Source: Thermodesulfobacteriota bacterium (lineage in GTDB: Bacteria > Desulfobacterota_D > UBA1144 > Nemesobacterales > CSP1-2). From it: DNA of 64,000 nucleotides. Of the stretch, positions 1 through 10,879 are shown piece after piece. Each line of letters starts with the position of its first letter. Position 1 is the stretch's first letter. The position numbers were made by a program, and so were the translations under genes. Under the pieces are notes generated by a model, which searched no databases, was not told where the DNA came from, and saw nothing but the letters and a program-made list of their open reading frames with translations. Where the stretch lies: positions 12,219 through 76,218 of the forward strand of contig DATMAT010000052.1 in NCBI GenBank assembly GCA_035559815.1. The letters run 5' to 3'.

Positions 1-474
1 ATCATAATTTTCCTGACGAACATAAAGCGTTAGATACTCATCTTCGATTTCAGGATCACAATAAACCTCTAGAGATAACTCAGGATATACTCCGAATCGT
101 TCTCGGGCTACTTTACAAACAAATGGTAATATGCTAGCTAAGTCAGGATAACGAATTAAATAATCACGTACTTCAGCTGGTTTTGGAATTTCAATCCAAT
201 CTTGATGGAGTTGATTTAGAGCCTCTTCAATTTGAGATGTTACATTAGCACTGCCCTCAGAGGTGAACACATACATAATAGAGCCTATCCAGTCCATATA
301 AGATAAAGTTGTTGCAGAAAAGGCTTCTGATTCAATTAACACATTAGAACCCTGTTTTAGAAAATAATAACAATATTCCTCTATCGGTTTGATAACACTC
401 TCCTGCCGACTTAGTCCCAAGTTCAAAACATATTTAACGTTCTCTGTAGAAGAAGTAGAAGTTACCGTATGCAT
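1..474 (-). CDS. Hypothetical protein, 3' portion only (gene continues beyond window start); ATG at 472-474 directly abuts the stop of the downstream TIGR04255-like gene
   Basis: Own translation of minus strand from 474: MHTVTSTSSTENVKYVLNLGLSRQESVIKPIEEYCYYFLKQGSNVLIE... open to position 1; not in ORF track because no stop codon lies inside the window. Confidence 0.4.
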   Translation of the reverse strand, partial: MHTVTSTSSTENVKYVLNLGLSRQESVIKPIEEYCYYFLKQGSNVLIESEAFSATTLSYMDWIGSIMYVFTSEGSANVTSQIEEALNQLHQDWIEIPKPAEVRDYLIRYPDLASILPFVCKVARERFGVYPELSLEVYCDPEIEDEYLTLYVRQENYD

Positions 475-1215
475 TTACTTATCCTCCTGAAAAATCTCTC
501 TCAAGGATTGAGTTATGCACCCTTCGAAAATTTCCTCTACTTTTTGGTGGGCGCCTTCTACCCATTCTATTGCCTCATCTACGGAAACTGTCTGCGGATG
601 AGCAAGAAAATAGTCCAAGTCTAAAAGAAAGCCAAGGTTCTCAGGCTTCTCTGGCAATGCATTAGTTAATTGTACCTTACAAGAGTCTCGTCCATCGAAA
701 AAAACTAACGAACATTGAACAATAAAACTCGCCATATCTTGCGGCAGGCTCTTGCCAAGGAAGGGCCTAAACTCAAAGTAATCATCTAAGTTAATCGAAG
801 GGCTAGAAATTTCGATTCGATTTATATATCTTAGACCAATTCTTTGTAATTTGTCGACATTTACGGTTTTAATCAATGCGTTAAAAGCCTTTTCAATCAA
901 GGGCTTAAATCCCTCCCAAGTTGGATAAGGTTTTAAACAGTTTATCGCCAAAAGTTGAGGGCCGACTTGGATAAAAGTCTTTCTATCATTTGTAAGGAAT
1001 AGGACCCGCTCACTTGAGCGTATTTGTTGCTGTACTCCCTGCGGTCCTTGTGTAATCTCTACTTCTTGTACTAGACGCTGCTCTTTGTTTGGAAACTCAT
1101 TACGAACTCTTTCATAAATTAAGCCAGGAATCGTAAGGTCCCATTTAGAATTAGACGATAAGCGAAACTCACAAACAGCTTCAATAATCGGTGGGTTGAG
1201 GTACTTTTTAGGCAT
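475..1215 (-). CDS. Conserved hypothetical protein, resembles TIGR04255 family (about 250 aa, N-terminal PPIxEAxCEFRF-type motif)
   Basis: 246-aa ORF; N-terminus MPKKYLNPPIIEAVCEFRL recalled as typical of TIGR04255-family proteins; operon-like abutment with upstream ORF. Confidence 0.4.
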   Translation of the reverse strand: MPKKYLNPPIIEAVCEFRLSSNSKWDLTIPGLIYERVRNEFPNKEQRLVQEVEITQGPQGVQQQIRSSERVLFLTNDRKTFIQVGPQLLAINCLKPYPTWEGFKPLIEKAFNALIKTVNVDKLQRIGLRYINRIEISSPSINLDDYFEFRPFLGKSLPQDMASFIVQCSLVFFDGRDSCKVQLTNALPEKPENLGFLLDLDYFLAHPQTVSVDEAIEWVEGAHQKVEEIFEGCITQSLREIFQEDK

Positions 1216-1255
1216 AACAAATTTTTCCTTTTATATCATAACTATAGTCCGATTG

Positions 1256-1666
1256 TCAATTAGGTCTTATTAACTCCACCACTACCTCGTCAATCGTCGG
1301 AACCCTTCCCATGCCAACAGGCTTGCCGTTTACAATCACCGCCGGCACGGGATACCAGAAGAACATCGTGCGGACGGCAGTGGTTACGGAGGGGTTAAAC
1401 CTAAGAACGTCTTTTAACAGCTTGGGCATCAGGTAGAAGTAGGCCCTGGGCTCGACCTGGATAATCTCAACCTCATCCTCATCAAATCTATCGGTGATTT
1501 CTCGGTGAAGCCTCCCGCACTCCTCGGCTATCTTTCTTATTCCTTCATAGGATGGGTCTTTATTGGCGAACTCTCCCATCCCCCCTGAGCAGCAAATGCA
1601 GCCGCCTGTTCCATCATTCTCCCTGACGATTATTACGGATGACTTTCTATTTTTCATCAATCTCAA
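1256..1666 (-). CDS. ArsD-like thioredoxin-fold protein (arsenical resistance operon repressor/metallochaperone family-like)
   Basis: 136 aa; CICCSGG cysteine cluster near N-terminus and C-terminal NGKPVGMGRVPTIDEVVVELI segment reminiscent of ArsD (MCCSTGVCG ... DGETVMAGRYP). Confidence 0.4.
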   Translation of the reverse strand: MRLMKNRKSSVIIVRENDGTGGCICCSGGMGEFANKDPSYEGIRKIAEECGRLHREITDRFDEDEVEIIQVEPRAYFYLMPKLLKDVLRFNPSVTTAVRTMFFWYPVPAVIVNGKPVGMGRVPTIDEVVVELIRPN

Positions 1667-1732
1667 ATTCCCCTAAAAACACTAATGTAGGGGCACGCTG
1701 CAGCGTGCCCCTACTATTCTATGTGAACATTT

Positions 1733-3562
1733 CTAATCGGATACCACTTCTTCTTTTGATATCCTGACCTCTTTTTTCCCTACAAATAAAACCTTATACC
1801 AGGTCTTGAAAGAGTCGATGAGGATTATTATTGCGCATATCATTATGACCGCGGTAAGAGCGGAGTTCACATATCCCTGGACCGCAAACCCTTCCTTCCT
1901 GGCCAGGGGAAGAAAATTCTGGGTGATGTTCAACCACCCCGCAGTAAGTGTCGTCGCCATGACAAAGGCCATCGGTATTAGCGTTACCCACGCGTATCGC
2001 ACCCTCCCCAGTTTTATGATATATGTCGTTCCCACGCAGAGCGCAATCCCAGCAAGGAGCTGGTTGGCCGTGCCAAACATGGGCCAGATCGTGCTGATGC
2101 TTCCAGTAAAAACAAAATATCCCCAGGCGCAGGAGATAAGGGCGCTGGAAATAATTGCCGAGGGCAGATGGTCAACCCTTTCAAAGGTCTTATGGAACTT
2201 CCCGCCGAATTCCTGAATCATAAACCGGGCCACCCGGGTGCCGGTGTCGATCGTGGTCAGGATAAACAGGGCCTCGAACATGATGGCAAAGTGATACCAG
2301 TAGTCCATGAGATGCCTCATTCCGGGAATGGAGGTAAAAATCTGGGCCATTCCAACGGCCAGGGAAACCGCACCCCCCGTTCTTCCCTCAAGGCTCTCTC
2401 CGACCTCCGCCGAAAGCTGCTGAAGATTCACGGTGCTGATTCCTAGCGTTTCAAACACCCCCGCCGGGACATTTATGGCAAAGTAATCGCCGGGGAAAAG
2501 TGCGCCGGCGGCAATGAGAGCGAGAATGGCGATGAAGCCTTCGATCAGCATGGCTACGAAGCCTATTGTCTTTATGTCCGACTCCTTGGAGACCATCTTG
2601 GGAGATGTGCCAGATGCTACCAATGCGTGAAACCCGGAGATCGCTCCACAGGCGATGGTTATGAACGTGAACGGAAAGAGCGTTCCCGGAATAATAGGCC
2701 CCCCGCCGTGGATAAAATCGGTAACAAGGGGCATCTTTAATTCCGGCTGGACTATTATTATCCCGACCGCCAGAAAAGCTATCGTCCCGATTTTCATGAA
2801 TGCGCTCAAATAATCCCTAGGGCACAGCAACAGCCAAACCGGGAGTATAGAAGCGACAAAACCGTAGATGAGAATAAATAGGGTTATCTTTGCCTTCGGA
2901 AGTGTGAAGTAAGGCGCAAAAGATGATTGAGCAACGTCTTTACCAAAATATACAGCAAGTATAAGAAATATAACCCCAATTAATGTTCCCTCAGCAATTC
3001 TCCCTATTCTCAATCTGTACATATAAAGGCCCATGAAGAAGGCGATGGGGATGGTGCAGCCTATGGTAAACATCCCCCAAGGGCTTTCGGCCAGGGCGTT
3101 GACCACGGCCAGGCCCAGCCCGGCGAGGGCGGCTACCAAGATAAATAAAATGGCGATAGAGGCTATGATTCCGGAGAGAGGGCTGATTTGGAGCCGGGCA
3201 ATCTCGGCCAGGGATTTACCGCCATGCCTCACCGAGGCGAAGAATATGATGAAATCATGCACTGCACCGGCAAGCACTACCCCAATCAATATCCATAGAA
3301 AGCCGGGAAGAACCCCGAATTGTGCGGCCAGCACCGGACCGATCAACGGACCGGCGCCGGTTATGGCGGCGAAATGATGGCCAAAAAGAACCCATTTATT
3401 AGTGGGATAGTAGTTCTGTCCGTCGTACATCGTATATGCTGGCGTCTTCCTGGAATCATCGAGAACGGCTACTTTTGAAGCGATGAAGCCATGATAATAT
3501 CTATAGAATATGGCCATCACGCACAGCGCACCGACTACAAGCGGCATGGCATTCACGGTCAT
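1733..3562 (-). CDS. cstA: Carbon starvation protein A (CstA family peptide/pyruvate transporter)
   Basis: 609-aa polytopic membrane protein; strong match to CstA N-terminal consensus ([19 protein letters not shown]...[23 protein letters not shown]). Confidence 0.9.
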   Translation of the reverse strand: MTVNAMPLVVGALCVMAIFYRYYHGFIASKVAVLDDSRKTPAYTMYDGQNYYPTNKWVLFGHHFAAITGAGPLIGPVLAAQFGVLPGFLWILIGVVLAGAVHDFIIFFASVRHGGKSLAEIARLQISPLSGIIASIAILFILVAALAGLGLAVVNALAESPWGMFTIGCTIPIAFFMGLYMYRLRIGRIAEGTLIGVIFLILAVYFGKDVAQSSFAPYFTLPKAKITLFILIYGFVASILPVWLLLCPRDYLSAFMKIGTIAFLAVGIIIVQPELKMPLVTDFIHGGGPIIPGTLFPFTFITIACGAISGFHALVASGTSPKMVSKESDIKTIGFVAMLIEGFIAILALIAAGALFPGDYFAINVPAGVFETLGISTVNLQQLSAEVGESLEGRTGGAVSLAVGMAQIFTSIPGMRHLMDYWYHFAIMFEALFILTTIDTGTRVARFMIQEFGGKFHKTFERVDHLPSAIISSALISCAWGYFVFTGSISTIWPMFGTANQLLAGIALCVGTTYIIKLGRVRYAWVTLIPMAFVMATTLTAGWLNITQNFLPLARKEGFAVQGYVNSALTAVIMICAIIILIDSFKTWYKVLFVGKKEVRISKEEVVSD

Positions 3563-3794
3563 GCGGTTAAATCCTCCGATTTTCTCCTTCTGTCATCTAT
3601 TCTCGGCAATTAAGCCTTGAATGCTGTGTAGCTAACTCCAATAAATATAACACTAGCGAACTGAGCCTATACGATAACATAATAATGGATAATTACTTAG
3701 ATGAAAGTGTAAAATTGGGGTTTCTCTTTAGCTCGGATTTGTGAAGAACACTGCAGCAAATTACATGTATTATGGTATCAACGTGTAAACATAT

Positions 3795-4345
3795 GGTCTC
3801 CTCCGTCATTGCGAGGAGTCCATCGACTCGGCTGGACAGCCATTTCGATCCCCACTGTAATTTCGGCCCTGAGCACAGTCGAAGGGGAGAAATCTAAAGA
3901 AAGATTCCTCACATGCGTTCGGAATGACAAGAAAGTGAGAACCCTTGGAACTTAACTGAATTCTTCACAAGCTCCCTCACATTAGTTTGGGACAGGATTC
4001 GGAATTACGCATCTGCATCCTTGATCAGGGCATGTCCTGAGCACATTGTGATTACACTCAGTGTAAATTCCATGTAGGACTAGACTCTGCCAGGAGTTTA
4101 TGCACGTTTTTCCCGTCATCCTGGGCGATAGCGAAGGATCAAGATTCTTCGCCTGAGCGTGTCCTGAGCAAAACCGTAGGGTTCAGAATGGGCATTTTTA
4201 TTTCTCTTTACCAGCGGATAAACCACCGCTCATGCTTGTCGAAGCATCATACTGAGCCCGGTCGAAGTATGAATTTAGAGCGTAAGGAATTCGTCCTTTC
4301 CCCCGGTTTAACCGGAGGACCTGGCTCAGGACGAACGGGATTGTC
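3795..4345. repeat. Mosaic array of short hairpin-forming interspersed repeats (modules GTCATTGCGAGGAG, CCCTGAGCACAGTCGAAGGGG, GTCATCCTGrGCGnnAGCGAAGGATCnAGATTCTTCGCC, TTCCCCCGGTTTAACCGGAGGACCTGGCTCAGGACGAACGGG)
   Basis: Same modules recur, partly reshuffled and in both orientations, at 10640-10795, 39375-39485, 40170-40480, 43125-43175 (e.g. 4292-4340 vs 10647-10695 about 90% identical). Confidence 0.8.
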
Positions 4346-4454
4346 GACAAGCTCACCACTCAGAACGAAGGGTGTATTATTGACAAGTCATGGTATCCAG
4401 AATGACAGCGTTGAAAGTCACCTCGAGACACAACCTATGAACTCTCAAAATAAG

Positions 4455-7400
4455 TCATTTGCCAGGGGTGGATTCACCTTTACCATATTTGACTGATCGT
4501 TCTCTCAATCGCTCGATAACCAGGTAAAACACCGGCACGACGATAAGGCTCAAGAAGGTGGCGACGATCATCCCGCCAAACACCGCCGTTCCCAGGGAAT
4601 GACGGCTGTTTGAACCGGCACCGCTGGCTACAACCAGTGGAAAGACACCAAGGATAAAGGCAAAGGCGGTCATAAGTATGGGGCGTAGCCGGATTCTGGC
4701 CGCCTCCAGTGCTGAATCCTGAATAGATAGACCTTCTTCACGGCGCCTTTTAGCAAACTCCACGATGAGAATGGCGTTCTTGCTGGCTAGACCAATGAGC
4801 ATCACCAATCCGATCTGGCAGTAGACATCGTTGTTAAGCCCCCTCAGCCATTGCGCTATCATCGCCCCTAGTATGGCTAACGGCACGGCCAACATCACCA
4901 TGAAGGGCATCGACCAGCTCTCATACAACGCTGCCAGAAAAAGAAAAACAAACACAAGGGCTAAACCGAATATGATAGGAGCCAGGTTGCCCGCCTGGAT
5001 CTCCTGATAGGCGATACCGGTCCAATCGTAGCCCATACCTGCCGGAAGTATTTCCTTGGCCAACTCCTCCATTGCCTCGATGGCCTGCCCGGAGCTGAAC
5101 CCCGGAGCGGCCGCCCCGTCGATCTCCGCCGAGCGATAGAGGTTGTAATGGGTTATGGTTTCGGCCCCCACCACCGGGGTAACCTTAACCAGGGTGCTGA
5201 GAGGCACCATCTCACCGCTTTCCGTGCGGACGTAAAGACGGGTTATATCGTCGGCTTTGGTACGATAACCATCCTCTGCCTGCAAGAACACACGATAGAC
5301 GCGGCCGTACTTGTTAAAGTCGTTGACGTAAAGAGAACCAAGATACGTCTGCAGGGTATCGAATACGTCGGATATGGATATGCCCATGGTCTTGGCTTTT
5401 GTGCGGTCGAGGTCAACATACAGTCCCGGTATATTAGCCTCAAACGAGCTGAATAACGTTTGTAGCTCCGGCCTCTGATTCCCTTTGACCACCATCTCCT
5501 GCGCCAGCTCTGCCAGCCCCTGAAGGCCGGCCGTGTTGCCCAGGTCCTGAAGCTCAAATTGAAATCCACCTGTCTCGCTTATCCCGCGAATGGGAGGGGG
5601 GTTAAAGGCCACCACAACCGCCTCCGATATTCCGGCAAACTCCCGGAGTACATTGGCCAGTATGGCATTCACCTGAAGCTCTGGGGATTTGCGTTTAGAC
5701 CAGGGAGAGAGGACTGGAAACATGGCCGCTGCATTGGAGTCAGTTGTCTGAGTAAGTATGTTCAAACCGCTAACGGCTACGACATGGTCTATACCCGGCG
5801 TAGAGCTTAAAATCTTTTCCACCTGATTGACCACCCTGGTCGTTCGCTCCAGAGAGGAGCCCTCCGGCCCCTGTATGCTTACTATGAAATAACCCTGGTC
5901 CTCGTCTGGAATGAACCCGCCAGGGACTATACGGAACAAATAGTAGGTCACGCCGAGAAGCGCTAGGAACACGGCAAGTACGACCTTCCATCTCTTCGTA
6001 ACCTCCTTCAACCAACTCTCGTATTTATCTCTAAACCGGTTGAAGCCTTGGTTGAACTTGGTGAAAAACCAGCCATGCCGCTCCGATCCCCGGCGCAGGA
6101 AAATAGCGCAGAGGGCAGGGCTAAGTGTAAGAGCGTTTATGGCCGATATCCCCACAGAACAGGCAATGGTAAGGGCGAACTGCCTGTACAACTGACCGGT
6201 GATCCCCGGCATGAAGGAGACCGGGACGAATACGGCCATGAGCACGAGGGAAGTAGCCACAATCGGCCCGGTTACCTCCTGCATCGCCCGTCGTGCCGCC
6301 TCTTTAGGTTCTAAGTTTTTCTCCTCGATAAAGCGCGAGACGTTTTCGACCACTACTATTGCATCGTCTACTACTAGACCTATTGCCAAAACCAGACCAA
6401 AAAGGGTGAGCGTATTTATGGAGAAGCCAAGCGCGCCTATCAGAGCAAAGGTCCCAATCAATGAGACCGGGATGGTAATTGCCGGGATCAAAGTGGCCCG
6501 CCAGTTCTGGAGAAATACAAACACCACTATGAATACCAGGACGAATGCCTGGAAAAGGGTTTTAAGGACCTCCCTTATGGATTCGGTTATGAACTGGGTA
6601 GGGTCATAGATGACCTCATACTCTACCCCGTCCGGGAAATTTTGAGAGAGTTTAGCCATCGCCGCCCTGACCTTTTTAGCCAGGTCAAGAGCGTTAGCTC
6701 CGGGAAGCTGAAATATGCCGATCCCAATGGCTTCCTTCCCATCCAAGAAGCTGTCGGTCCCATAATCCTCGGCCCCAAGTTCAACGCGAGCCACATCCTT
6801 GACCCTGACTACCGAACCATCCGGGCGGGTTCGCACGATGATATTCTCAAAATCCGAGATGTCCGAGAGGCGGCCAAGGGCATTGATCGTGTATTGAAAC
6901 TGCTGTCCGGGAGGGATCGGGCGCTGACCAATGGCCCCGGCAGCAACCTGCTGGTTCTGGTCGCTTACTGCATTGGCCACATCCGTGGCCGTCAAACCCA
7001 AGCTAGCCAGCTTGTCCGGGTCAAGCCATATCCGCATGGAATAGAGGCGCTCCCCCCAGATAGTGAGATTGCCCACACCGGGGATACGCTTGAGCACATC
7101 GCTTATATGTATATCAATATAGTTACTGAGGAAGAGACTGTCCCGGCTCCCGTCGGGAGAAACAATGTGTACAGCCAGCGTCAGGTCCGGGGACTGTTTA
7201 GTGACGGAGATGCCATACTGGCTTACCTCCTGGGGCAGACGAGGCTTGGCCAGCTCCACCCGGTTCTGGACATCGACAGCGGCGATGTCCAGGTTATAGC
7301 CAATGTCAAAAGTCACATTTAGGGACATACTTCCGTCATTCGAGCTGGTCGAGGACATATAGATCATCCCTTCGACGCCGTTTACCTGCTCCTCTATAGG

Positions 7401-7589
7401 GATGGTGACTGTATCCTCGACCACCTCCGCACTGGCCCCAATGTAAGAAGCGCTGACATTGACGGTAGGAGGCGTGATCTCCGGATAAAGAGCGATGGGC
7501 AATATGGGGATAGTAATGCCACCGGACAGCGTAATGAGAATAGCCAGGACCGAGGCCAACACGGGCCGTTCGATGAAAAAATTAACCAA
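4455..7589 (-). CDS. RND family multidrug efflux transporter permease (HAE1/AcrB-like)
   Basis: 1044 aa, 12-TM architecture with two large periplasmic loops; MVNFFIERPVLASVLAI... start typical of AcrB family. Confidence 0.92.
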   Translation of the reverse strand: MVNFFIERPVLASVLAILITLSGGITIPILPIALYPEITPPTVNVSASYIGASAEVVEDTVTIPIEEQVNGVEGMIYMSSTSSNDGSMSLNVTFDIGYNLDIAAVDVQNRVELAKPRLPQEVSQYGISVTKQSPDLTLAVHIVSPDGSRDSLFLSNYIDIHISDVLKRIPGVGNLTIWGERLYSMRIWLDPDKLASLGLTATDVANAVSDQNQQVAAGAIGQRPIPPGQQFQYTINALGRLSDISDFENIIVRTRPDGSVVRVKDVARVELGAEDYGTDSFLDGKEAIGIGIFQLPGANALDLAKKVRAAMAKLSQNFPDGVEYEVIYDPTQFITESIREVLKTLFQAFVLVFIVVFVFLQNWRATLIPAITIPVSLIGTFALIGALGFSINTLTLFGLVLAIGLVVDDAIVVVENVSRFIEEKNLEPKEAARRAMQEVTGPIVATSLVLMAVFVPVSFMPGITGQLYRQFALTIACSVGISAINALTLSPALCAIFLRRGSERHGWFFTKFNQGFNRFRDKYESWLKEVTKRWKVVLAVFLALLGVTYYLFRIVPGGFIPDEDQGYFIVSIQGPEGSSLERTTRVVNQVEKILSSTPGIDHVVAVSGLNILTQTTDSNAAAMFPVLSPWSKRKSPELQVNAILANVLREFAGISEAVVVAFNPPPIRGISETGGFQFELQDLGNTAGLQGLAELAQEMVVKGNQRPELQTLFSSFEANIPGLYVDLDRTKAKTMGISISDVFDTLQTYLGSLYVNDFNKYGRVYRVFLQAEDGYRTKADDITRLYVRTESGEMVPLSTLVKVTPVVGAETITHYNLYRSAEIDGAAAPGFSSGQAIEAMEELAKEILPAGMGYDWTGIAYQEIQAGNLAPIIFGLALVFVFLFLAALYESWSMPFMVMLAVPLAILGAMIAQWLRGLNNDVYCQIGLVMLIGLASKNAILIVEFAKRRREEGLSIQDSALEAARIRLRPILMTAFAFILGVFPLVVASGAGSNSRHSLGTAVFGGMIVATFLSLIVVPVFYLVIERLRERSVKYGKGESTPGK

Positions 7590-7626
7590 AGGTATATCTC
7601 CTCATGGCAAGTGGATAAGGCGAAAA

Positions 7627-8811
7627 CTAATTGGGTGTCTCCTTTTTCGGTTGCGGAGACGATGCAGGGAGATTGGAATCACCTTTTGAGGAAACGAGCT
7701 TCGGCTGGACAGTAATACCCGGTTTCACCTTCTGCAAGCCCTCGATTATAACCCGCTCCCCCGGCTTTACACCCTTTTCGATTACCCGCATACCTTTATA
7801 GGTTGTTCCCGCTACCACATCCCGGTTCTCAACCCTGTCATCCCTATTCACTATGAGCAAATAAGCCCCACCCTGAGTCTCGCCCACCGCTTGCTCCGGA
7901 ACCAGGAGTGCGTCCGGCTTCATGGTCAGAAGAAGACGAACCTGAACATATTGCCCGGGCAGCAAGCTTTTATCCGGATTGGGGACAACCCCGCGCATAG
8001 ATATTGTGCTTGTGGTGCTTTCTACAGCGTTGTTGACGAAGTCTACGGCCCCTTGGTAAGGGTGGATGCTCTCGTCCGGAAGTACCAATCTGATGGTGAG
8101 CTTTTCCTTTTCCTGCTGCTTCAATATCTCCGGTAAATAGCGGGAGCTCGGGCTGAAATAGACATAAATGGGGTCAAGTTGTACAAGGGTGGCAAGTTCA
8201 GTGTTCTGGCCAGCTCCAACCAGGTTTCCAACATCTACGTATCTTCGTCCTATACGCCCGTCAAATGGGGCATACATCCGGCAGTAACTTAGATTCAACT
8301 CGGCTAGTTTGATAGCGGCGCGGTCAGCTTCTACCGCCGCCTGTAGTTCCTTCACTTGAGTGCTAAACTGGTCAAAGGCGTTACGGGCTATAAACTCTTT
8401 GTCTAAAAGGGGCTTGTATCGCTCTACCTGTTGCCGGGCGTAGGCCAGAGCGGCTTCATCCTTTGCCAACTGGGCCTGGGCATTTTCGAGCTGGGCCTCA
8501 AAGGGACGCGGGTCAATAACAAAGAGCAAATCGCCCTTCTTCACATCCGCCCCATCAACAAATGCACGCTCTTGAAGAAATCCTTCCACCCTGGCCACAA
8601 TATCTACCGTATTTACAGCTTGAAGGGTACCAACATAGTCCAGATAGACCGGAACCGTTTCCTTTACTACCTCAGCTACCGTCACGACGGGCGGAGGAGT
8701 AGTAACCTCCTTCTTACGGTCGCAACCGGAGAGTCCAATTAGCGCTAGGGTGAAAGCCAGAATCGCCAAAAACCGAGTTGTCAAATTTACTTCACTCTCA
8801 GTTCTCATCAT
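7627..8811 (-). CDS. RND efflux periplasmic adaptor (membrane fusion protein, HlyD/AcrA family) lipoprotein; track ORF extends to 8886 but the ATG at 8811 (MMRTESE...LIGLSGC lipobox) is the likely start
   Basis: HlyD-family motifs, signal peptide with LSGC lipobox; 4-bp overlap with upstream OMP gene stop at 8798 when started at 8811. Confidence 0.85.
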   Translation of the reverse strand: MMRTESEVNLTTRFLAILAFTLALIGLSGCDRKKEVTTPPPVVTVAEVVKETVPVYLDYVGTLQAVNTVDIVARVEGFLQERAFVDGADVKKGDLLFVIDPRPFEAQLENAQAQLAKDEAALAYARQQVERYKPLLDKEFIARNAFDQFSTQVKELQAAVEADRAAIKLAELNLSYCRMYAPFDGRIGRRYVDVGNLVGAGQNTELATLVQLDPIYVYFSPSSRYLPEILKQQEKEKLTIRLVLPDESIHPYQGAVDFVNNAVESTTSTISMRGVVPNPDKSLLPGQYVQVRLLLTMKPDALLVPEQAVGETQGGAYLLIVNRDDRVENRDVVAGTTYKGMRVIEKGVKPGERVIIEGLQKVKPGITVQPKLVSSKGDSNLPASSPQPKKETPN

Positions 8812-10294
8812 GCTGATATTTCTCTTCTGCCTCAATTTTTTTAAAAGAGTTGTTAATAGAAGAAGTGACCGGGAGCTCTTTCCCAATTGCGTGTATTAAC
8901 TCTGCGTAAGACCTATGGAGGCTCGTCCTGGCTTGAACCCGTTCTGCTCTGGCCTCGGTGAGCGTACTCTGAGCGTTGAGTAACTCCACTATGTCTCCCA
9001 CCCCGGAACGGTAACGGGCAAGCGAAGCTTCGTATGATTTCGTTGCGCTCTCCAGGAGCACCTCGCTTGCCTCCAGTTGCTCTACCGCAGTTCGGAAATT
9101 GTAATAACCGTTCCAGACCTCAGATATAACCCTTTCCTCTTGAATGGAAAGGGCTGCTTGAGCCGCTTCGAGATTCGCACGGGCCTGACGAACCTGATTA
9201 ATAAGCGAAAAACCCTGAAAAATCGGGAACTGGAGACCGACTAAGAACTGATAGCTAAAGCTATTGTCGTCAACACCGCCCCTTACCACTTCAGGCTCTA
9301 ACAACGCGCTCGCAACTAGCTGGGGCCATTGGGCAGATTCAGCCTGCCTTACTTCAGCCTCTTTTTGAAGCACAACCGACCGGGCAGCAGCAAGGTTCGG
9401 CCGATTTTTCTGAGCCTCTGCAATCAACTCTTCGACGTTTTCAGAGACGGAGTCAAGAGGAAACTCCTTCGGTTCATCCTCCACGTCAAAGGGGGTATTA
9501 GCCGGCCATCCGACTGCGGTTGCTAACTCTCCACGGGATATCTCAATAGCACCTCGGTCAGTCGCTATATCCAGTTGCACCTGGGCTACGGTTGATTTCG
9601 CCTGCAATACATCGACAACCGTTCCTAGCCCTACCTGTAGTCTTAATTCCGCCGCTTGGAGGCTTGTCTCCGCATCTTTCAAACTAGCCAGGTCAGCCTG
9701 TAACTGCGCCTTGTTTCCGATAAGGGTGTAATAAGCCTCCGCCACGTTGCGAAGTACATCCTGTATAGCCTGGTTATGGGTCCAGTTGGCATTATACAGC
9801 GCCTGCTTAGCCGCTTCCACGCCGGCGCTGCGGCCGCCGAAGTCAAGAAGGAGATAGTTAAGCGCTACGCTTGCTGTACCGATAGTCTCGGTAAAGGAGC
9901 TTGACCCTTCGTTCTGACCACCTTTTGCTTCTTCGACCGAGAGAACACCGCTAATATCCGGATAATAGCTACCACGTGCCACAGCCCAGGCTGCAGCAGC
10001 CGCACGCGCCTGTTCCCATGCTTGGCGAGTGGCCGGACTCTGACGTAGTGCCGCGTCAACGAGCTGTGATAGGCTTAACTTCTCTGCAGATGGCTTTAAA
10101 TCAGGCGGTATCGTTGGAAGCCTGTCTGATGACTGCACGCTAGGTAGGTGATTCGGTGGAGGTTGCCATTCTTCTCCCGGATCAGGAGCAGCATATTTCA
10201 TCGGATTTAGTTCTGGCAGATTTTGTACGCATGAAGTGGAAGTGATAATACATAGCAGTAGAGCCGGCGCAAAACAGAAAGAATGTCGCGACAT
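8798..10294 (-). CDS. TolC-family outer membrane efflux protein; likely start at internal ATG 10294 (MSRHSFCFAPALLLCIITSTSC signal peptide) rather than track start 10405
   Basis: Two TolC-like repeat halves, Ala/Gln-rich coiled-coil segments; first gene of OMP-MFP-RND operon. Confidence 0.85.
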   Translation of the reverse strand: MSRHSFCFAPALLLCIITSTSCVQNLPELNPMKYAAPDPGEEWQPPPNHLPSVQSSDRLPTIPPDLKPSAEKLSLSQLVDAALRQSPATRQAWEQARAAAAAWAVARGSYYPDISGVLSVEEAKGGQNEGSSSFTETIGTASVALNYLLLDFGGRSAGVEAAKQALYNANWTHNQAIQDVLRNVAEAYYTLIGNKAQLQADLASLKDAETSLQAAELRLQVGLGTVVDVLQAKSTVAQVQLDIATDRGAIEISRGELATAVGWPANTPFDVEDEPKEFPLDSVSENVEELIAEAQKNRPNLAAARSVVLQKEAEVRQAESAQWPQLVASALLEPEVVRGGVDDNSFSYQFLVGLQFPIFQGFSLINQVRQARANLEAAQAALSIQEERVISEVWNGYYNFRTAVEQLEASEVLLESATKSYEASLARYRSGVGDIVELLNAQSTLTEARAERVQARTSLHRSYAELIHAIGKELPVTSSINNSFKKIEAEEKYQHDEN

Positions 10295-10639
10295 AAAGGA
10301 CCTCGATTGAAATAAACACTTAACATTAGATGTCACACTGCGGGTAAGATAAGCAAAATCAAATTCGTCAGAACTGATACGCTTCAAATTTAAGTCCTTC
10401 CTCAATGCTAAACAGAAGGATCGCCGTCGATTCGATTATCGGATATGCTGACAAAGCTGTAGAGAGAAAATAAAGAACCCATCCTTCAGTTAAGTTATGA
10501 TTATCATTGATTCACATTTTTGTCAACGAAAAATATTGTTACTAAATATCTCCACAATTAAAATTAAATAATAAGCAAACTCAAACTTGTGCGAAATAAG
10601 AGATTGCTTCGCTGAAATTAGAAAGGGATAGAGTTTCTT

Positions 10640-10795
10640 GAGGTGTTCGCCCTTCCCCCGGTTAAACCGGGGGACCTGGCTCAGGGCGAACGGGTCTTTT
10701 ATTCCTGATTAACAGCGGATGCGTACATCCGCTCATCCTGAGCCCAGTCGAAGGATGCCGATGCAAGTATTCTGAACCCTATCCGGCGAGACTAA
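10640..10795. repeat. Copy of the hairpin repeat family (TTCCCCCGGTTAAACCGGGGGACCTGGCTCAGGGCGAACGGG + GCGGATGCGTACATCCGCTCATCCTGAGCCCAGTCGAAGG + ATTCTGAACCC)
   Basis: Direct sequence comparison with 4205-4340 and 4163-4178 (reverse orientation). Confidence 0.8.
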
Positions 10796-10879
10796 AGTTT
10801 TATTTTTTTTAACAAAATGCAATGTAGAAGAACTCATTCTTCTTGATATATCCATAAAAGTATTTAATCTTTTACCCCT

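Noticed and set aside
4188-4496. 102-aa ORF in the track
   Set aside because: Lies entirely inside the hairpin repeat mosaic and across the RND gene 3' end; no RBS; composition reflects the repeats rather than coding sequence.
5148-7322. Several plus-strand ORFs (up to 226 aa) inside the RND permease gene
   Set aside because: Fully embedded antisense ORFs in a highly conserved transporter gene; typical of GC-moderate coding regions.
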